Assembly (NCBI RefSeq): GCF_963976535.1
Contig: NZ_CAXBLF010000008.1
Coordinates: 1,922 to 65,921 of the forward strand
Reading direction: 5' to 3'
Length of the DNA stretch: 64,000 nt
From: an uncultured Algibacter sp.
GTDB lineage: Bacteria > Bacteroidota > Bacteroidia > Flavobacteriales > Flavobacteriaceae
A program made the position numbers and the translations under genes. Positions 10,571 through 19,984 of the stretch are shown piece by piece. Each line of letters opens with the position of its first letter. Within the stretch, counting starts at the first letter, position 1. The notes beneath the pieces are model-generated. The model worked only from the letters and a program-made list of their open reading frames with translations. It was not told where the DNA came from and made no database searches.

Positions 10571-11290
10571 ATGCGCCTTCATAAACATCTTATATCAATT
10601 TGTTGTTTTTTAGTTCTTTTCAATTGCGAAGAAGAACAGAAAACTGTTTTTTCAGATATCAATATCACTACAGATAATAATACTATTGTAGAAGTAAACA
10701 TTCCTCAAGCAAGTGGAGATAAAACGGTATCAATTCAAATAAATTCTGAACTACAAAAAACAATTATTACGGCATTGCATATTGGCAACCCAGATGAAAT
10801 CACCTCATCCAGCTTGGAGGAAAGTATTGCTTCTTTTAATGATGAATACAACGCGTTTAAATCTGACTTTCCAGAAACTGCACAAATATGGGAAGCTCAA
10901 ATTGATGGCGAAGTGATGCATCAATCTTCAGAAATAATAAGCATTGCAATAACGTCATATACCAATACCGGTGGGGCACATGGTATTTTGAATATTTCTT
11001 TTTTGAATTTTAATTCTAAAACAGGACAACGTATTCAAAACAATCAAATTTTTAATGATATTGAAGCTTTTAAAACAGTAGTTGAACCTTATTTTAAAGC
11101 GGCTACACAAGATAAAAGTTTACTTTCAGATTATACAGAATTTGAGTTACCCGAAAATATTGGATATAGTGAAGATGGTATTGTTTTACTTTATAATACT
11201 TATGAAATTGCGCCCTACTCTAGTGGTATTATAGAGTTTGTTATTCCTTTTGAAGACGCTGAGCCTTATTTAGTTTTTAACAGCCTTTAA
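10571..11290 (+). CDS. DUF3298/DUF4163-type (PdaC/RsiV-like) lipoprotein
   Basis: Lipobox-like LFNC, YTNTGGAHG and LLYNTYEIAPYSSG motifs. Confidence 0.8.
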   Translation: MRLHKHLISICCFLVLFNCEEEQKTVFSDINITTDNNTIVEVNIPQASGDKTVSIQINSELQKTIITALHIGNPDEITSSSLEESIASFNDEYNAFKSDFPETAQIWEAQIDGEVMHQSSEIISIAITSYTNTGGAHGILNISFLNFNSKTGQRIQNNQIFNDIEAFKTVVEPYFKAATQDKSLLSDYTEFELPENIGYSEDGIVLLYNTYEIAPYSSGIIEFVIPFEDAEPYLVFNSL

Positions 11291-11734
11291 AAGCGCTAAA
11301 ACGTACCCGTAATGTAAACCGTCATGAATCGCTACAAACTGCAAAGCCTCATCTATATTGTTTAAAGTATTTCCTGTTGTAGATACGGTATAACTGCTGT
11401 AATTTTCAAAAACATCATCATAGTAATCTTCAATCGTCTTTTCAATAGTAGTAGATAACAAATCTTTTATTTCATTAACTTCTATTTGAGTTAAACTTCC
11501 TTCAGGTTTAGTGCCTTTTCTAAATTTGTTAATCATTTCATCTGATAAGGTAGATTCTAAACCTGACAATTTATAAGCCAACAACTGCTCTGAAACAACA
11601 ACATGCCCAATATTCCAAATGATGTTATTATTGAATCCATTAGGTGTTTTGTTTAAATCCTTCAATGAGTTATTTTCTATTATTTTTTTGAATATCCCCC
11701 TCGTGTTATTAAGAACCTGAAATGTAAAACCCAT
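11270..11734 (-). CDS. DinB family protein
   Basis: NNIIWNIGH and HDGLHYG metal-binding histidines. Confidence 0.88.
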   Translation of the reverse strand: MGFTFQVLNNTRGIFKKIIENNSLKDLNKTPNGFNNNIIWNIGHVVVSEQLLAYKLSGLESTLSDEMINKFRKGTKPEGSLTQIEVNEIKDLLSTTIEKTIEDYYDDVFENYSSYTVSTTGNTLNNIDEALQFVAIHDGLHYGYVLALLKAVKN

Positions 11735-11917
11735 ATGATATAACCAATATTTATTATTAAATTCAAAATTATTTTATATAATGCCGATATAGTATGAAAA
11801 CTGCTCCAATTTATTGGACTTTATTGAATATATAATCGGCAATATTTAATTTTTTGATAAATGTAATATTTTTTTCATGACTGATTTTACTACCTTCCTA
11901 AAATTCTTTAGATTTCC

Positions 11918-11935
11918 TCCCGATAGCTATCGGGA
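11918..11935. repeat. 18-bp perfect palindrome TCCCGATAGCTATCGGGA
   Basis: Exact self-complementary 18-mer; also at 17988, 26595 and 38111, degenerate at 48247. Confidence 0.9.
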
Positions 11936-11962
11936 TTCAAGGAAATGAAAAAATAATTAATT

Positions 11963-12313
11963 ATGAAAAAAGTATATTATTTAAAAACCTGTAGCACCTG
12001 TATTAGAATTTTAAAAGCGCTGAATTTATCTTCAGAATTTGTTTTGCAAGACATTAAATCTGAAGCCATTACTGTAAAGCAAGTTGAATACATGAAAGCA
12101 CTGGCAGGAAGCTATGAAGTACTCTTCAGTAAACGTTCAAAATTATACAAAGAAATGGATTTGAAAAACCAAGACTTAACTGAACGTGATTATAAACACT
12201 ATATTCTAGACCACTATACCTTTTTAAGTAGGCCTGTTATTATAGTTGATAATCAAATTTTTGTTGGAAACTCTAAAAAAACTATTGAAGCTGCACAGGC
12301 TGCGCTAAATTAA
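11963..12313 (+). CDS. ArsC/Spx-like arsenate reductase family protein
   Basis: YYLKTCSTC (CxxC) and FLSRPVII motifs. Confidence 0.85.
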   Translation: MKKVYYLKTCSTCIRILKALNLSSEFVLQDIKSEAITVKQVEYMKALAGSYEVLFSKRSKLYKEMDLKNQDLTERDYKHYILDHYTFLSRPVIIVDNQIFVGNSKKTIEAAQAALN

Positions 12314-12339
12314 AACAGATTGATAGAACATATTAAAAA

Positions 12340-12367
12340 AAAAGTCCAACAGAAATGTTGGACTTTT
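12340..12367 (+). terminator. Intrinsic terminator (probably bidirectional)
   Basis: aaaagtccaaca-gaaa-tgttggactttt, 12-bp perfect stem. Confidence 0.8.
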
Positions 12368-12486
12368 AATTTGTTCCCTTTCGTGTATTACTATCGAACC
12401 AATTAAATTTGATTTTCAAAGAGTTAGACCTAAAACAAACCTTTCTTAGACATCGAACCAAATAGCTTATAATACAATATATTAGT

Positions 12487-12657
12487 TTATTCCTCCTTTT
12501 TTAAATCCTTCGGATACACCTTTACTATTTTACCGTTTTCCGAAAAAATTAAAGGTGTATTTTTTTACGCTTTGAACTTCAATAACTTCTCATAAGCTTT
12601 TTCTAAACCTATTGAGATTTTATCCTCTAATTCTTCTAGTTGTTCTTTAATTTCCAT
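12487..12657 (-). pseudogene. Small partner gene of the zeta-toxin-like ATPase, with a premature stop
   Basis: MEIKEQLEELEDKISIGLEKAYEKLLKFKA*KNTPLIFSENGKIVKVYPKDLKKEE; overlaps the end of the ATPase remnant. Confidence 0.7.
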
Positions 12658-13202
12658 AATGTTTTTCTTTTAATTTATTCCAAACTATCCTGTCTTTAAT
12701 GGTTAGTTTATCACGCGTACCTTCTGCTAAAATTTAAATCTTTTTTCTGAATTATCAGCAATTATCCATTTAACGACTAGTTGGATATATTTCTGAAACA
12801 AATTCTTTAATCCATTTTTATAGCGTCTTCTAATAACATCTACTGGGATATTATGTCCGCCTTCCAGTACTCTGGTTTTAACACGTTCAATTGCTAATTC
12901 TTCTGAGTCTAATTTTAAAAACAATAAAATGACTTCATAATCTTTTTGTTTAGCTTTTTTTATGAAACTAACATAGCTATTAGTTGATAACGTAGTTTCT
13001 AGGGCAAAAGTCTTGCCAGCTTCTACTAACTCATAATTCTAGTCAGCATTATTCTTCCGGCTTGAAAAGCAACTAAGTCTGGGTTAAAAGGCGAAATGCC
13101 TCTTGCTATTTCGTCTGCGTTTACAAACTCTTTACAATCAAATATTTCAGGCAAAACGGTAAATGAGGCTGTTGTTTTACCTGCTCCGTTAGGATCTCCA
13201 AT
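12647..13202 (-). pseudogene. Zeta-toxin-like / COG4185 P-loop ATPase broken by two frameshifts
   Basis: GDPNGAGKTT...NADEIARG; shifts near 13030 to ELVEAGKTFALETTLST...RVLEGGHNIP; shifts again near 12728 to AEGTRDKLTIKDRIVWNKLKEKHYGN*. Confidence 0.85.
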
Positions 13203-13400
13203 TAAAAGATTGTCCAAAAATCTAGTTTTACCATTTACTTCCAGTTTATATAATGAACTAGAAGAAGGTGTTATACCAATTCCAATGTTTCCTGTTAAGT
13301 TTGTACTCGCTGTACCATTTGCTGAAGTTCCGTTTTCGTCTGTAACTTGGGAGTAAGAAAATGTTACCGTAAGACCGATTAATAAAAATAATTTTTTCAT
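13026..13400 (-). CDS. Chimeric ORF: signal peptide plus GNIGIG...KLEVNG segment fused to the ATPase N-terminus
   Basis: First ~66 aa resemble secreted or tail-fibre-like GNIGIG repeats; the rest is a P-loop kinase start. Confidence 0.55.
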   Translation of the reverse strand: MKKLFLLIGLTVTFSYSQVTDENGTSANGTASTNLTGNIGIGITPSSSSLYKLEVNGKTRFLDNLLIGDPNGAGKTTASFTVLPEIFDCKEFVNADEIARGISPFNPDLVAFQAGRIMLTRIMS

Positions 13401-13884
13401 AATAAAATAGAATTATGATACACATTTTTAATCTAAGTAGAATACTCGATAAATTGTTAACAAATCTTTCTTTTTAGAGTATCCTGTTGAGGAAAACCCG
13501 TAATTTTATATTTAAAAATAATAATTTAAAAATTACAGATAGCATATTGTTAGGTTGAGTGTAATTGAAATAATATAGGAAGTCTTCTAAATCTTCGATT
13601 AGATAATGTATAGAACTTTCTGAATAAATATTTTACTATCATAAACTAAGTATTCTGCTATTAAAAAAATAAGCCAATTGCTTCTAAATCATTAAGTTTA
13701 GGCTGATGTCTTTAATAAGTTAAATTGTTGTACTCTATTATTTTTATAAAACTTACAATATACTTTCGTAACTTGCATTTAAGTTGTTCGTTATTATTGT
13801 TTTTAGGCTAAAACAATATGCTGATTACCAGCAAGATGAGCAATTTTTTTTATTTCAAATTAGTACGCTTAAGTGTATTATAAT

Positions 13885-15018
13885 ATGTATAAATCGTTTG
13901 ATTATGTTTTAGTGGGAGCAGGCTTTTTTTGCTCTGTTATTGCTGAGCGTATAGCAAATGATATGAACAAAAAGGTTTTAATCATTGAAAAAAGAAACCA
14001 TATAGGCGGTAATTGCTATTCTGAGATTGATAATAAAACCAGGATTGAATATCATAAATACGGTACACATATTTTTCATACTTCAGATAAAGAGGTTTGG
14101 GGTTACTTGTTGAAGTTTACTTCATTTAACAGCTATTATCATCAAGTACTCACCGTTTATAATGGTCAGGTGTATCAAATGCCTATAAATCTTGAAACCA
14201 TCAATTCTTTTTATAAAATTAACTTAAAACCTTATGAGGTTGATGCGTTTTTGAAGAAAGAAATTGAAACTGAAAGCTACGACGAGCCTAAAAATTTTGA
14301 AGAGCAAGCCATCAATATTATCGGGCGCCCATTGTATGATGCGTTTATAAAAGGATATACCAAAAAACAGTGGGGTAGAGACCCCAAAGAATTGCCAGCA
14401 CATATCATAAAACGGCTTCCTTTTCGTAAAAATTATTCAGAATCTTATTTTTTTGATACCTATCAAGGGATACCAACTGATGGCTATACCGAGATTTTTA
14501 ATAAACTATTGGCTTCTAAAAACATTATGCTTAAACTCGATACAGATTTTCATCAAATAAGAGATCAGTTTAGTTCAGGCACAAAAATTATTTATTCTGG
14601 TTCTATTGATAGTCTTTTAGATTATAAATATGGTGCTTTAGATTATCGTACCCTTTCTTTTGAAAAAGAAGTTGTAGAATATGAAGATTATCAAGGGACT
14701 TCGGTTATGAATTATGCTAATCAAGACATACCATATACAAGAATACACGAACCCAAACATTTACACCCAGAGCGCGATTATCCATCAGATAAAACACTCA
14801 TCATAAAGGAGTTTTCTGCTGAAGCAAACAGAGAAGATCCTTATTACCCTATTGGCGGCGAAAAGAATAGATTACTGTACAACAAGTATTTAAAAGAAAT
14901 AAAAAAAACTTGCCCAAACTTTATTGTTGGAGGTAGGTTAGGAGACTATAAATATTACGATATGCATCATGTTATAAGAGAGGCTTTAAACGTTTATTCT
15001 AAAGATATTCGAGGATGA
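13885..15018 (+). CDS. glf: UDP-galactopyranose mutase
   Basis: VGAGFF, EKRNHIGGNCY, KYGTHIFHT, GRLGDYKYYDM. Confidence 0.95.
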   Translation: MYKSFDYVLVGAGFFCSVIAERIANDMNKKVLIIEKRNHIGGNCYSEIDNKTRIEYHKYGTHIFHTSDKEVWGYLLKFTSFNSYYHQVLTVYNGQVYQMPINLETINSFYKINLKPYEVDAFLKKEIETESYDEPKNFEEQAINIIGRPLYDAFIKGYTKKQWGRDPKELPAHIIKRLPFRKNYSESYFFDTYQGIPTDGYTEIFNKLLASKNIMLKLDTDFHQIRDQFSSGTKIIYSGSIDSLLDYKYGALDYRTLSFEKEVVEYEDYQGTSVMNYANQDIPYTRIHEPKHLHPERDYPSDKTLIIKEFSAEANREDPYYPIGGEKNRLLYNKYLKEIKKTCPNFIVGGRLGDYKYYDMHHVIREALNVYSKDIRG

Positions 15019-15731
15019 AAACACGATTGCATGTCGTTATTCCTGTTTACAATGAAGCCGAAATCATTAATGTTGTTGTTGAAGATTGGATAACAGTTCT
15101 CAATAAACTCAATATCAATTATAAACTTAAACTTTATAATGATGGCTCAACCGATTCATCTTTAGAAGTACTCAATATAATGAAAAATCATTATCCAGAT
15201 TTTATTCAAATAATTGATAAGAAAAATTCTGGTCATGGTCCTACTATATTGAAAAGTTATAGAGAGAGTTTAGACGCTGAATGGATTTTTCAAGTAGATT
15301 CTGATAATGAAATTAAGGCGCATTGTTTTGCAGACTTTTGGAATATTAAAGACGGTTACGATTTAGTTATCGGTAAAAGAGTTAATCGTGATTCACCACT
15401 TTTCAGGAAAGTGATGACCTATTTCTCGTATTTAGTTGTTAGACTTTTCTATGGTAAAGGCATTAAAGACGTTAATTGCCCTTATAGACTTATGCGAACA
15501 AGCGCTTTTAAAGCTATTTTTACAAGTATTCCAGAAGATACCTTTGCGCCTAATATTATAGTTTCTGGAATGGCATCGAAGAAAAAGTTTAAAATAAAAT
15601 CATTTGATATACAATTTGATACGCGCTCTAGTGGTGTTAGCTCTTTAAGTTCAAATGTTCCTAAATTGCTAAAAATTAGCATCAATTCTTTTTTAGAAAT
15701 TATTAATTATGCAAGAAAAAGTAAGCTATAA
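15015..15731 (+). CDS. GT2 glycosyltransferase (DPM1/GtrB-like polyprenol-phosphate transferase)
   Basis: VVIPVYNE, NDGSTD, NSGHG, QVDSDNE, DVNCPYRLMR; ATGA overlap with glf. Confidence 0.88.
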   Translation: MKTRLHVVIPVYNEAEIINVVVEDWITVLNKLNINYKLKLYNDGSTDSSLEVLNIMKNHYPDFIQIIDKKNSGHGPTILKSYRESLDAEWIFQVDSDNEIKAHCFADFWNIKDGYDLVIGKRVNRDSPLFRKVMTYFSYLVVRLFYGKGIKDVNCPYRLMRTSAFKAIFTSIPEDTFAPNIIVSGMASKKKFKIKSFDIQFDTRSSGVSSLSSNVPKLLKISINSFLEIINYARKSKL

Positions 15732-17151
15732 GGAATACTTTATGTTTTTTATTTTGATTCTTGTTTATGGGATTTTTGCCATACGGTATTCTCCAATTTT
15801 TGAGCGTCTTGGTAGTGATAAAGAAGTATTTCAGTATATAGGAATGCTTATTAAAAATAATCAATTTCCATATTCTGATGCTTTTGATCATAAACCTCCA
15901 GTTATATATTTAGTTAATTATTTAGGTGTTATTTTAACGCCAAATAGTACTTGGGGTATATTTGTTATTTTAAATAGTTTAGGCTTTTTTAGCGCCTTGC
16001 TTATTTATAAATTGGCTGTAAATCAGTTTAAAAATGTTGTTTTAGCGCTTCTTTTATATGCGTCTTTTTTTTTTATAAATAATAGTAACTACATACTTGA
16101 AGAAGGGAATCTAACTAGACAACTAGCAGCGTTTTTAACTGTTGGTATTCTATTTATTGTTTTTACTGGTAAAAAAACGAATCTAAAAAATGCTTTAATT
16201 GGGGTTTTAATAGGGGTTATTTTTTTTACACAGCAGAATGAAATTTTAGGCGGATTAGTACTGTCTGGTTATTACCTATTATTTGAGAAAAAATTCAAAT
16301 TTCATACTTTAAAAACTATTATAAAAAACAGTGCGTTTTTTGCATTGGGGCTGTTAATTCCTTTTGTTGGTATCTTATTAATCATCAATCACTGGAATAA
16401 TTATAATGACTTTATTAATCAAGTATTTTTATTCAACTTTAGTAACTATATAGAAGACAAATCATTCCTAACTAAAATAGGCACTGTTATTTATGAGTTT
16501 GCTAAGATTGTATATGTAAATAAGGTGCTTTTAGTGATTTCGTTTTTCATAATCATCAACCTATTTTTAAACAGAAGAAACGAAAAAAAACGGAATATTG
16601 ATTCTAAATGGATAGTCATTTTTATAGCCTTAATATTTCAAATATTATCTACTTCAATATCTGGGAAAGGCTATGGGCATTACTTTCTTATGTTCATTCC
16701 TTATGTTGTCTGTTTGTTTGTTTTCTCATTCAACAGTAAAGAACCAAATTATACAAAACTCTTCTCAATTGTTTTAGTTGGCGCCTTATTGTTTCATTCT
16801 GTAAAAATTTTACCTTATCAGAAACCCGATAATTCACTATTAAAAGTAATAACAAAAGAAGTTGCTTCTGTTAAAGATAAAAAGGGCCAGTTTTATTCAT
16901 TAAATGGCCGATATCTTAGGGTTAATTTTAACTTGAATATTCCTTCGCCGTCTAAACATATTTATGCGCATTTTATGAACGAGGCAGTTGCAGAAGAGAT
17001 TATGAACGACTTGCAGTTTAACAAAACTAAATATGTGTTGTTTGACACTGGCGATGCCCAAATAATTCCTCAATCCTTAAAATCGTTTATAGCTTTAAAT
17101 TACGTAGAAGTATTAACTTATCAAGAGCATGTTTTGTTTGAACTAAATTAA
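15709..17151 (+). CDS. Polytopic membrane protein, GT-C (PMT/ArnT-like) glycosyltransferase
   Basis: About 11 TM helices, first-loop GSDKEVFQYIG...PYSDAFDHKPP motif, GHYFLMFIP. Confidence 0.7.
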   Translation: MQEKVSYKEYFMFFILILVYGIFAIRYSPIFERLGSDKEVFQYIGMLIKNNQFPYSDAFDHKPPVIYLVNYLGVILTPNSTWGIFVILNSLGFFSALLIYKLAVNQFKNVVLALLLYASFFFINNSNYILEEGNLTRQLAAFLTVGILFIVFTGKKTNLKNALIGVLIGVIFFTQQNEILGGLVLSGYYLLFEKKFKFHTLKTIIKNSAFFALGLLIPFVGILLIINHWNNYNDFINQVFLFNFSNYIEDKSFLTKIGTVIYEFAKIVYVNKVLLVISFFIIINLFLNRRNEKKRNIDSKWIVIFIALIFQILSTSISGKGYGHYFLMFIPYVVCLFVFSFNSKEPNYTKLFSIVLVGALLFHSVKILPYQKPDNSLLKVITKEVASVKDKKGQFYSLNGRYLRVNFNLNIPSPSKHIYAHFMNEAVAEEIMNDLQFNKTKYVLFDTGDAQIIPQSLKSFIALNYVEVLTYQEHVLFELN

Positions 17152-17536
17152 TTATTTGATAATCTGAAAGTTAGCTAATGCTTCTGCATAAGGTTTATAG
17201 GATTGATCCGGATGTTGCCTTTTTGCCAATAATTAAGCGATTAATGTTTAGACTCTATCTTATTGACTAAAGATTCTAATAAATACTAACAAATAAGCCG
17301 ACTCAAAATAGACTCTATTAACAATTGAAACCAAGAGTTTATGAAAATATTAAAGATTGGAAACGCTAATTTCAAAAATTTTGTTGGTTATAAACTGATG
17401 TTATATCGTCTGGGAGAATTAACAATTACTAACTAAAGCCACTGGAATTTAAAGGTTTTTTCCATTATTTAATGCCAAATAGCATTAAAAAAAAATTACG
17501 ACAAAAAATTGATAAATGTGCAAATTACGTGTAAAT

Positions 17537-17570
17537 AAAAAAAGCTTCAGGAGTGTAAACTCTCTGAAGC
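17537..17570 (-). terminator. Terminator downstream of tRNA-Asn
   Basis: gcttcag-gagt-gtaa-actc-t-ctgaagc stem followed by a T-run on the minus strand. Confidence 0.7.
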
Positions 17571-17584
17571 CTTATCATTACTTG

Positions 17585-17658
17585 CTCCTTCTCTTGGGCT
17601 CGAACCAAGGACCCTCTGATTAACAGTCAGATGCTCTAACCAACTGAGCTAAGAAGGA
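17585..17658 (-). tRNA. tRNA-Asn(GTT)
   Basis: Reverse complement folds to a 74-nt cloverleaf: TCCTTCT/AGAAGGA acceptor, TCTGA-CTGTTAA-TCAGA anticodon arm, GGTTCGAG T-loop; no encoded CCA. Confidence 0.97.
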
Positions 17659-17661
17659 GTG

Positions 17662-17946
17662 TTACTTATATTTATTTTTAAGCTTTTTAGTACTTTCAGG
17701 ATACTTTTTCAGATTCTGAATATTCGTTTTGCTTTTCATTTTTTTAATATGGGTTTCTATTTTTCTTGCTTGAATTCTATCATTACATTCAATAGTGTAA
17801 TATATTTTCCAGTCTTTTACCTGTTTGGTAAAAGAAGCTTCATAAAAACCAGAATTATGTTATTCAATTCTGTCTTGTAAATCCACAGTTTCACCAACAT
17901 AATATCTGTCAAGTGAATTAGAATACAAAATGTAAACAAAATTCAT
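17662..17946 (-). pseudogene. GIY-YIG nuclease with one in-frame TAA (17860-17862)
   Basis: Hand translation: MNFVYILYSNSLDRYYVGETVDLQDRIE*HNSGFYEASFTKQVKDWKIYYTIECNDRIQARKIETHIKKMKSKTNIQNLKKYPESTKKLKNKYK; the stop lies 3 nt before the tRNA 5' end. Confidence 0.9.
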
Positions 17947-17977
17947 TTTTACTAATTTTAAAAGAACTTACTCGCTT

Positions 17978-18022
17978 TGCTCTAACCTCCCGATAGCTAT
18001 CGGATGAGCTAAGAAGGAGTGT
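17978..18022 (-). repeat. Pseudo-tRNA-Asn 5' half with a TCCCGATAGCTATCGG palindrome in the D-loop
   Basis: Direct repeat of 17632-17662 except that aac is replaced by tcccgatagctatcgga (17988-18004). Confidence 0.88.
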
Positions 18023-18128
18023 GTTTTTTTACTAAGCGAGTGCAAATATATGTTGTTTTTTAATTACTGCAAATATTTTTTTAATAAATTTTACCTGAGT
18101 ACATGACAAAAATTGATAATATATCGGA

Positions 18129-18201
18129 TGTCAATCTGAGCGCAGTCGAAGACATTGGAAATATCGTATTCAAAAGCATTTCGACTGCGCTCAATGTGAC
18201 A
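18129..18201. repeat. REP doublet (GAGCGCAGTCGA family)
   Basis: tgtcaatctgagcgcagtcgaagac ... catttcgactgcgctcaatgtgaca. Confidence 0.9.
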
Positions 18202-18232
18202 CTTTTATATTTTTGTCATGTACTAAAAAATT

Positions 18233-19579
18233 TTATCCAAAAATAGCTTTATAAATATCATTCCCATTTGCGAATAAAACTAAAGCAATTAATAAAAAGA
18301 ACCCCACCATTTGAGCGTATTCCATAAACTTATCTCCTGGCTTTCTTCCAGAGACCATTTCATACAACAAAAACACCACATGGCCACCATCTAATGCCGG
18401 TATTGGCAGTAGGTTTAAAACAGCTAACATGATGGATAAAAATGCTGTGATCCTCCAAAACACTTGCCAGCTCCAAAAACTAGGAAAGATATCGTAAATG
18501 GCTTTAAAACCTCCTACGCCTTTATAAGCGCCTGTACTTGGAGAAAAAATAGCGCCTAATTGATCCCAATATGAAATTAATTTATCTTTAGCCTTATTTA
18601 ATCCAACAGGAAAAGATTCAAAAAATCCATAATCCTTAACATCATATTTATAATATCCTAAAGCTTCTAATGTTGCTGGTGTTGAGCCTGATGCATAAAC
18701 CAAACCTAATTTACCTTCATCACTAATTTTTAATGGTAACTTTATTTTAGACCCATTTCTTATCACATTAACCGTAACTTCTTGTCCTTTAAATTTTTCT
18801 AAACCTAACTTAACTTCATCTGCATATTTAGTTTCAAAATCATTTATACCACTAATAATATCCCCTTTTTTTATACCACTAGATTTATTGTATGATGTAT
18901 CTGGAACTTTAACAATAATAAATGGCTCTCTTAAATCTATAAGCCCTTTTTCCTTTGAGTCCAATAATTGAGCTAAAAAATCTTCTGGCATGGTCACTGT
19001 AGACTGACTCCCATTTCGTTCTATAAGAATTTCTTTTCCGAATAAAACCTTCTCAGAAATTTCAGAAAATGTTTCAATCTTATCACCATCTACCGCTAAT
19101 ATTTTATCACCGGTAAGAAGACCTGCTTTAATTGCTACGGTATTTTCAATAGCTAAACCATCTTTAATATTTTCATTTGGTAGAAACGTATCTCCATAAA
19201 AATAACTCATCCCTATGTAAATGAAAATGGCTAATAAAAAATTAACCGTAACTCCACCCAACATGATAATTAAACGTTGCCATGCCGGTTTAGAACGAAA
19301 CTCCCATGGTTGCGGTTCTTGTGCCATTTGCTCGGTATCCATGCTTTCATCAATCATACCTGCAATTTTCACATAACCACCTAATGGCAACCAGCCAATA
19401 CCGTAAACGGTTTCACCAATCTTCTTTTTAAATAATGAAAACTTTATATCAAAAAACAAGTAAAATTTTTCTACTCTTGTTTTAAAAAGCTTTGCAGGGA
19501 TAAAATGCCCTAATTCGTGCAATACAATTAGCAACGAAAGACTTAGTAAAAATTGAGATATTTTTATAACAAACTCCAT
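18233..19579 (-). CDS. rseP: RIP metalloprotease RseP
   Basis: HELGH, LPLGGYVKIAGM, PDZ region, NLLPIPALDGGH. Confidence 0.95.
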   Translation of the reverse strand: MEFVIKISQFLLSLSLLIVLHELGHFIPAKLFKTRVEKFYLFFDIKFSLFKKKIGETVYGIGWLPLGGYVKIAGMIDESMDTEQMAQEPQPWEFRSKPAWQRLIIMLGGVTVNFLLAIFIYIGMSYFYGDTFLPNENIKDGLAIENTVAIKAGLLTGDKILAVDGDKIETFSEISEKVLFGKEILIERNGSQSTVTMPEDFLAQLLDSKEKGLIDLREPFIIVKVPDTSYNKSSGIKKGDIISGINDFETKYADEVKLGLEKFKGQEVTVNVIRNGSKIKLPLKISDEGKLGLVYASGSTPATLEALGYYKYDVKDYGFFESFPVGLNKAKDKLISYWDQLGAIFSPSTGAYKGVGGFKAIYDIFPSFWSWQVFWRITAFLSIMLAVLNLLPIPALDGGHVVFLLYEMVSGRKPGDKFMEYAQMVGFFLLIALVLFANGNDIYKAIFG

Positions 19580-19984
19580 ATATGGCTTAACATTTTTTTA
19601 TAATCGTGCAAAAGTAAGCTTTTAAACCAAGTTTAAAAAGCCATTCGTCTAATGGTATCTGTTTTAACAATAATTTATACTAAATGAATTTCAAAATGAT
19701 TGATAATAAATTAAAATTATATTTTCTTTAGATAAGATAGAAAATATAAGCATAGCCTTAGTTACGGTTCTATTTTATATTAAAATATAAAGGAAATAGA
19801 AACTAATTTAATCGGTTATTTTGAAGTTTATTTGGTATTAGTTCGGTTTAAATTTATCTAATCTGAAAATCATTGTATTTTTGCCCCACCCAGATTTGTA
19901 AATACAAACCTGACCTCCCTGAAGGGGAAGTATAATTAGAAATTTATATGTTAAACCTCGGGTATTATTAAATTTTAAGTTTCA

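Noticed and set aside
12370-12400. ttgttccc...tcgaacc as an att-site copy of the tRNA-Asn 3' end
   Set aside because: Only patchy similarity to 17582-17606 and needs a multi-base gap; suggestive position but not supportable.
17341-17436. 31-codon ORF MKILKIGNANF...
   Set aside because: Too short, no motif, and in AT-rich island DNA; not supportable.
17659-17880. Plus-strand 73-aa ORF
   Set aside because: Antisense shadow of the GIY-YIG pseudogene.
19911-19932. cctccctgaaggggaag and similar half-sites at about 32338 and 48802
   Set aside because: May be eroded relatives of the 60420 repeat but are too short and degenerate to call.
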